The position numbers and the translations under genes were made by a program. Below the pieces are notes generated by a model that was not told the DNA's origin, searched no databases, and was given only the letters and a program-made list of their open reading frames with translations. DNA of 64,000 bases, taken from assembly GCA_037379345.1 (NCBI GenBank), contig CM074517.1:3844001-3908000 (forward strand), written 5' to 3'. Positions 61,833 to 64,000 of the stretch are shown here, piece after piece. The DNA is from Perna viridis (lineage: Eukaryota). Position 1 is the first letter of the stretch. The number at the start of each line of letters is the position of its first letter.

Positions 61833-64000
61833 GTTAATCTCATTTTATCTTGCAATTTAAATGGTATAATTTTACTTTGTATATGTTTGTGATGCTCGAG
61901 TTTTTTTTTTGTTTATTATTATTATTATTATTATTATGTATGTATGTATACAATAATTTTTATTTGCACTGTTAAGCACGTACAGTAATTGTATGTAAAG
62001 TTATATAAGGCCTGTAAATAATAAAAAAAATAATAATTTACTATGTATCATGATTATACGCTATACCCATAAGTGTTAACTCTCCCATATTTTTTAGAGC
62101 CTTCTGATCATGATATTTCATGAAAAATTCAACAATCTCCATCTTAAATCTCCCATGTTGAAATCGAGATTTAGCCGCAGAAATTTCTTCTGTCTTATTT
62201 GAATTTTCAGCTTAAAATCAAAATAAATTATTTTCATTCTTGTCAAAACATGCTGCAAAAAACAAGAACTCTGCATATCTCCCGCTATGAGATAAGTTTG
62301 AGTGGGAGATCTTCCGCTTTAGAAGTCTCGAAGATTAAAACCCATGACTAACATCATGAGCATTCCTCATTACAAATCTGTGAATCTGTTTTCTATGTAC
62401 TATACTAATTTATATAAAGGATTGGTGTTTAACACTGAGTATGGCTGAGGTGTAAAGCTTTGAAACAGTGAGTATATCCTCTATGCAGGAGATTGAAATA
62501 TTAAGTAACTAAAATGAGCATGCTTAATCCCTTTTGCCAGTTTTGGGATTCTGCGCCGTATCCCACAAGGGATTAGAGCATGCTGAGAGTTAGGAAATCT
62601 TTCAAACTAACGTCTAAGATCTATACTACTGAACCACTCCTTATATGTGTGCACTGTTGTCTGCAAAATTACTGATCAGATATTTTCTACTTTCACTTTC
62701 AATTCAGCGCGGGAAATTAAAGTAAAATCTAAAGACAGTTCCGGGGTTATTGCTCCGGAAATTTGACGATTGAAAGGTTACAGACCACCAATTCAACCAA
62801 TGAGCATTTGGAATGTACGCAAAAATAGTCCTACGCAGAAATTACCCCTGTTCCTCATAGTGCTGTGAAAAAAAGTTCTCATCTGATTTAAAAAATTTAA
62901 ACAGTTTCTGAAAGGAAAAACATTTCTGTACATTTTATAGGTGCATTTTGCTTCTTGTGATGTGAAGCCTAATCTCCATAATGATTTTTAAATATACCCC
63001 TATCTTGTGAAAACACTGGGATTTCCCATGCTATTTATAGACCCTTCACTTCCGGTGACCAGTACTGCACTGCAAGTCTGCTAACCCCACATGCCATTCT
63101 GAGGATTGTGAGCTGACATATGTAGAATCATGCTGATATATAGTCCTCTGCAGGTTAAAGTTAAGGTAAAGTCCAGAGAAGCCATTGAATATTGTGAAAT
63201 TAGCATAGAAGCCTATGGGAAGTGGAATTAGTGGTTTTTAGCCTTAAGCTGAAGCCATGGCAAAATGAAAAGTTTCTTGAAATAGCTTTAAACTACTTGA
63301 AGATTTTGTTAACTTTGCCATGAGAGGAATACACTACAAAAATCCTTCAAAATATGCATTTTTTTAAGTTATAGGTCCAAATTATGGAAAATTGGTCTTT
63401 TTGGCTGATTTTTATGTCCTATCTTGTAAAAAGTGTAGAAAATTTAGTAAAAATATCAAATATTAAACTTTGAGAGCTATATTTACCTAAATATGGTGGC
63501 AATAAGCACTTGAAATCAAGTTTTGTGTAGATTTGAGCAAAAATTAGGTTAGAAATGAGGAAAAATTCACTTTCATTACTGCGGTTAAGGCCATATAAGC
63601 ATTCCCCTATGGCAACATGGAAAATCCATTATTGAGCACTTTTTTTGCTTTAGGTGCCCTTTACTGGTCATATTTTAATGTGAAAACACTGTATTTACAA
63701 ATTTAAAGCCAAATATATCACCTTTTGTGAAAATTTAAAGATTTAGGATTTTTGACATGTGATCAAGAAAAAGGGGGAGGCATGTCAGAAATAAATTTTT
63801 AAAAATAGACCAATTTCTCAGAAAATGATTACTTTTAAAACTATTTCTTCATTAATATTGTTAAAAAACAAGTTGTAATTGATATTTTTTATTTGAAAAG
63901 TCAGAAAAAGTTCTTTACAAATATTTAATGCATTTAAGTATGGTAGAATATTGTCACTTTTTTGCTCGCACAACTTGGTTACCCTATATTTAAAAATCAA

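Overview
AT-rich animal genomic DNA. The repeat families resemble those of bivalve molluscs such as mussels (inference). From about 13.6 kb to the right edge the window holds the 3' part of one large minus-strand gene. I traced 47 GT-AG exons by hand with consistent intron phases, giving about 2,500 codons inside the window; the 5' end lies beyond 64 kb. The predicted type-I membrane protein has 16 complete plus one half group-A (6-Cys) SRCR domains, each split over two exons. These are followed by an LDLR-class-B YWTD beta-propeller, EGF, CCP, HYR, CCP, CCP, a TM helix and a short tail with an NPxY motif, reached through two frame-compensating micro-exons (10 and 17 nt). The most striking non-coding pattern is that at least 7 introns begin with tandem arrays (about 4-20 copies) of the preceding exon's 3' end plus its 5' splice site, against only one duplicated acceptor. 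The window also has a decayed CR1/L2-type LINE 3' end (1-1.6 kb), two full-length copies of a SINE-like element with a pseudoknotted 5' head, Helentron-like elements, MITEs and minisatellites. All coordinates were read by eye; no searches were run.
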